In this document: positions 60,778 through 64,000 of the stretch, in pieces
Position numbering within the stretch: position 1 is the first letter of the stretch
Layout of the letters: every line of letters starts with the position of its first letter
NCBI GenBank assembly: GCA_977862235.1
Contig: OZ374564.1
Span: 1,364,001 to 1,428,000, forward strand
Source: Dudresnaya verticillata
Taxonomy: Eukaryota
Reading direction: 5' to 3'
DNA: 64,000 bases
Made by a program: the position numbers and the translations under genes
The notes under the pieces: generated by a model
Told to the model about the DNA's origin: nothing
The model's input: only the letters and a program-made list of their open reading frames with translations
Database searches by the model: none

Positions 60778-63708
60778 TCATGGCTCTCTATCACAACCCT
60801 CCATCATGTGAAGATCCCATGCGAAGAATGCGTTTAAGTCTCGCAGCAGTGCTGGCGGTTCCTCCGGACCCTTAAAAGTGTACTTATACGGCCTCTCCGC
60901 GAACTCATCGCGAACTTTGAAGGAAAATACAGCCACGAGATGCTCTCCCTCCTTGCCGAGCTCCCGCAACCCGTGCTGGTGTATTTCTGTCTTCAGTCCG
61001 TGGGCGTCGTTACCCGGTTGCAATACTGCCTTCCCAACCTTATCTGGACCACACAGCAGCCAAACTGCGTCACCACCTTTGAGTTGCGGTCGATCGCATG
61101 ACAGCGGTTTCTCCCTAGGCTTTCCTGTACGTTTCCCAGACTGTTGCTTACCTGGGGACATCATTAGAGTCTGTGATTCCCTTTCAGACTGATCAGTACG
61201 TACCCTCTTCGTGTCCGGCTGTTTGTCTATCTGTTTTGCCGAACGCTTCTGTGCTTGGACCCCTGCATCTTGAGAAGACCCGTTCTGCTTCTCCTCTGCC
61301 ATGCGCTGCAGGCGTGCACGAGCCAGTCTGTATGTTTCCGGGTTTCTTTCGACGAGGTAACACTCTCTGTCTGTCCGAAGGCAGGCAATGCCTGTAGTCA
61401 TTGTCCCCGCATGAGAGTCTAGGACCGAGCCGCCTTCAGGGCAGAAGGTTATGATGATCTCAGTAAGTGCATCAGGATTTTTCTCCTCCGTCAGAACTAG
61501 TGCCCTGCTAGTCCCTGGCTTCATGAGCTTATCTCTGGGTACGGGAACAGAGGTCATCACAGCAAACTTTCGTCGCTCCTTACACGAGATGAAGTGGTAC
61601 GGGCTGGAGAGGTCTGGAGAGAAAGAGTTCTTGGATGTACCCTTGCGCCTTCCGAAGGCTGCTGCCTCAGCCCCATTCTGCAGTCCCTTCTTGCGACTTA
61701 TCTGGACAGTAGTTGTGTCTTTGCAGAGTAAGAAAGGGTACTGCGGACTATCGAAATTGTTGTCGGTAAGTGCCTTTTGAAACAACGGGAATTTCAAGAA
61801 GCTGCAGAACAGAAACACCCAACCACCCTCCTTCACAACACGTCCACAAAACTCGCAAAGGCGCTTGATGTCTTCTTCACTGAAATGGTTTGCGTATGCA
61901 GTTCCAGCATTTGACATTCCCTTCAGGGTACCATACGGAGGGTCAGCAAGCACGAGGTCAAAGAGAGGACTGCATTCATTCCTGATTGATTGGTCATATT
62001 CCTCCCACTTCATCTGATATGTTCGTATCCTGCATTTGGAAAGCGGGTCCTTCTCCTCCACATCAGAACCGGTATCCAGTCCCTTCGACTTGCGTGTTGA
62101 AGAAACAGAACGACTACCCGGTCCAATACACTCGTTCGGGATGTCATTGTTACCAGCTAATGCGCCTGTGTCGTTGTCGTCTGTAGGATCCAGGACCGAT
62201 TGCGTATTCTGCCTCTGCGTGTCAGTTACAGTATCCTTAACGGCTTCCGACTGCTTTTGGCCACCAAGGGCCCCCTTAGAGTCTTTTTCTTTCCCCCCTT
62301 GAGGTTTTCCATCAACTTCAGAGCTCGTCTTATCAATCTCAGAAGCTGAAACTATTGGCTTCTCAGTTTCTCCTATGTCTGGAGATGTATCTTTCCCAGA
62401 ATCAGTTTCTGCTTGGAACTGGTGCTTGAATTTCTTTTCCTTACCTGGAGCTTGTTGCGGGCATTCCCTTCGATAAGCGGCTATCAAGGGTTTGAGCACA
62501 TCGTGGTCATTTCCGAAGTTTGCACGCACCTCGTGGTCCAGCTTCGTTGAGTGAAGGAGGTTCTGGCGAATGACGTTCATACCTTCAGGCCAACTCTGGC
62601 TCTCGATAAGGCGTTCGAATTTCCGTGCTTCCTTCATTGCTGCTTTCGCCCTTCCAAATTGTTCCAGAGTCTGAAAGCTGGTGACTGACCGGAAACTCTG
62701 AAGTCGATGTACTTCGCGTAGTCGGTACGAAGTTGAAATCTGTATTTCTACGCCATCCTCCAGTTTGTTCCCATTCATGAAGGCGATTGCAGACTTCAGT
62801 GATGAAATGTGGATGAACTTTCTGTAGACTCGGCAGTCAACCTTCCTCATTGCTCCGTCCTTGTCGAGTGTTGTCCCTTCCTTGTCTCCCGTCATCTTTG
62901 CAGCTAGATCCGGTCTCTCGTCATTTGTAATTTGTCCAATTGCGTGAATTACTCTCGTATCCAACCGCATAACTGTCTGAGCAGTCTGTTTAATGGTGTT
63001 GTTCCGATATAACTTCGAACCGTCATACGCCTCCACAATTTTTGGGGCATTTGGTCGTTTCCCAGTCTTGGCCTGCAACCTCTCCGCCTCCTCCCGCAGA
63101 CCGCGGACCAGGTCAAAAAATGTAGTCTCGATAAAGTATCCCTGGTCGTGTTTCTCATTCTGATGTCGTGCCAGCTGCCGGAGCTCATGGACGTTTTGCC
63201 CACTCTTCAAAATCGTTACAGGCCATGCGAAAGACTGCCAGACTGTTGGGAACTCCTCCATTAACTCCAAAATAACGCAATGTCTATGCAAGCCGTCAAC
63301 AATGCCGTACCATTTGGAGCGATTGTTTGCCTTCTCCAAAGCCTCCTCCTCCGTGTACTCCTTCCCTTCCTCTTTCATATTCTTGAAATACGCAACGACG
63401 TGACCCCGCAGAGACCCTGTCATTTCGATGACAATTGGAGAGTCAGACCCGGCAACGTACCCAATAGTCCCTTCACCGCCTTTCTTCTCTGATGAGTGCA
63501 GATGAACGCGAGCTTTGAGGCGTTCCACTCCGGAGCGCACCACGGGTCTTATTGCTGTTAGCGGGAAGCACGCCCTGGGGTCAATTCTCATATTCACGGA
63601 ACCCTCCATAACGTCAGAAAACAATGCCCTCCTCATGCTTGCAGAAGAGCAATTTTGGTCCGCTTCAGATTGTGTAACAGCACCCTTTCCTGAACGTTTC
63701 TTGCCCAT
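60778..63708 (-). CDS. ParB/Srx-like domain + beta-class DNA amino-methyltransferase (N6-adenine or N4-cytosine) + C-terminal domain shared with the transposase
   Basis: Uninterrupted ORF; first ATG at 63708 gives 976 aa. YGIVDGLHR (IVDGLHR at ~63283-63303), catalytic DPPY (61933-61944), then EKNP...PEGGSVLDSHAGTMTTGIAC (SAM-binding motif I after motif IV). Confidence 0.9.
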   Translation of the reverse strand: MGKKRSGKGAVTQSEADQNCSSASMRRALFSDVMEGSVNMRIDPRACFPLTAIRPVVRSGVERLKARVHLHSSEKKGGEGTIGYVAGSDSPIVIEMTGSLRGHVVAYFKNMKEEGKEYTEEEALEKANNRSKWYGIVDGLHRHCVILELMEEFPTVWQSFAWPVTILKSGQNVHELRQLARHQNEKHDQGYFIETTFFDLVRGLREEAERLQAKTGKRPNAPKIVEAYDGSKLYRNNTIKQTAQTVMRLDTRVIHAIGQITNDERPDLAAKMTGDKEGTTLDKDGAMRKVDCRVYRKFIHISSLKSAIAFMNGNKLEDGVEIQISTSYRLREVHRLQSFRSVTSFQTLEQFGRAKAAMKEARKFERLIESQSWPEGMNVIRQNLLHSTKLDHEVRANFGNDHDVLKPLIAAYRRECPQQAPGKEKKFKHQFQAETDSGKDTSPDIGETEKPIVSASEIDKTSSEVDGKPQGGKEKDSKGALGGQKQSEAVKDTVTDTQRQNTQSVLDPTDDNDTGALAGNNDIPNECIGPGSRSVSSTRKSKGLDTGSDVEEKDPLSKCRIRTYQMKWEEYDQSIRNECSPLFDLVLADPPYGTLKGMSNAGTAYANHFSEEDIKRLCEFCGRVVKEGGWVFLFCSFLKFPLFQKALTDNNFDSPQYPFLLCKDTTTVQISRKKGLQNGAEAAAFGRRKGTSKNSFSPDLSSPYHFISCKERRKFAVMTSVPVPRDKLMKPGTSRALVLTEEKNPDALTEIIITFCPEGGSVLDSHAGTMTTGIACLRTDRECYLVERNPETYRLARARLQRMAEEKQNGSSQDAGVQAQKRSAKQIDKQPDTKRVRTDQSERESQTLMMSPGKQQSGKRTGKPREKPLSCDRPQLKGGDAVWLLCGPDKVGKAVLQPGNDAHGLKTEIHQHGLRELGKEGEHLVAVFSFKVRDEFAERPYKYTFKGPEEPPALLRDLNAFFAWDLHMMEGCDREP

Positions 63709-64000
63709 CCAGCCAAAAATGTAATTCAGCACTTTTGAACAAACGGTCGCCGTACGTCTTTCCAACTGGTTGCCGAAGTTGTTTCCAACTGGTTGTGTTA
63801 AGCTGATGAGCACGGGATAAGCGTTGCGGTTTCCACGAAGAGCACTTCGTGTTTACAACAATATGTCCGTAGTCAGGTCAGTGGTCACTGCATTGAAAGA
63901 CAATATATATCATGCCGGTTTCCAGCTTTAACCTGGAAACGAAGTTTGTCCGCATGACTAACAGCCTCACGTACGGTTTTAACTTTGCCGGAAAGATAGT

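Larger units (their letters stand above)
52637..64000. mobile_element. Putative large multi-gene DNA transposon (termini not identified; may extend beyond the window)
   Basis: Transposase and ParB-MTase genes share a homologous domain and converge on unknown ORFs and a palindrome cluster. Confidence 0.6.

Noticed and set aside
60778..63813. Bacterial contamination or a restriction-modification system
   Set aside because: It is contiguous with eukaryotic TEs, shares a domain with a eukaryotic-type transposase, and no endonuclease partner was recognised.
1..64000. CRISPR arrays, rRNA or tRNA genes
   Set aside because: No repeat-spacer periodicity or RNA gene signatures seen; tRNA similarity is limited to the PBSs.

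Overview
Eukaryotic, TE-dense window. The NB-ARC/WD40 gene type, intron-poor genes and retroelement families suggest a red alga, which is inference only. Bases 1-45.6 kb are a nest of LTR retrotransposons. They include a young full-length chromovirus (element A, 10103-23479, minus strand, TSD GTTCC) inserted into the integrase of an older chromovirus (C), a chimeric relative (B), a solo LTR with TSD, a near-intact Ty1/copia and several fragments. Family A carries a ~930-aa antisense accessory gene with its own TATA-like box (4 copies here) and is enriched in a CGTCGA motif. Bases 46-52 kb hold decayed host-type genes (IDI, and an NLR/APAF-1-like NB-ARC-WD40). The best candidate for an undescribed system is 52.6-64 kb, an apparent large multi-gene DNA transposon. 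It has a Sola1-like (DUF7869-type) DDD transposase and an intact prokaryote-type ParB-beta-class amino-methyltransferase (DPPY). The two proteins share a homologous ~95-aa domain, and a cluster of AGCTA-based palindromes (parS-like candidate) lies between them. The termini of that element were not found. All family assignments come from motif recognition by eye, not database searches.
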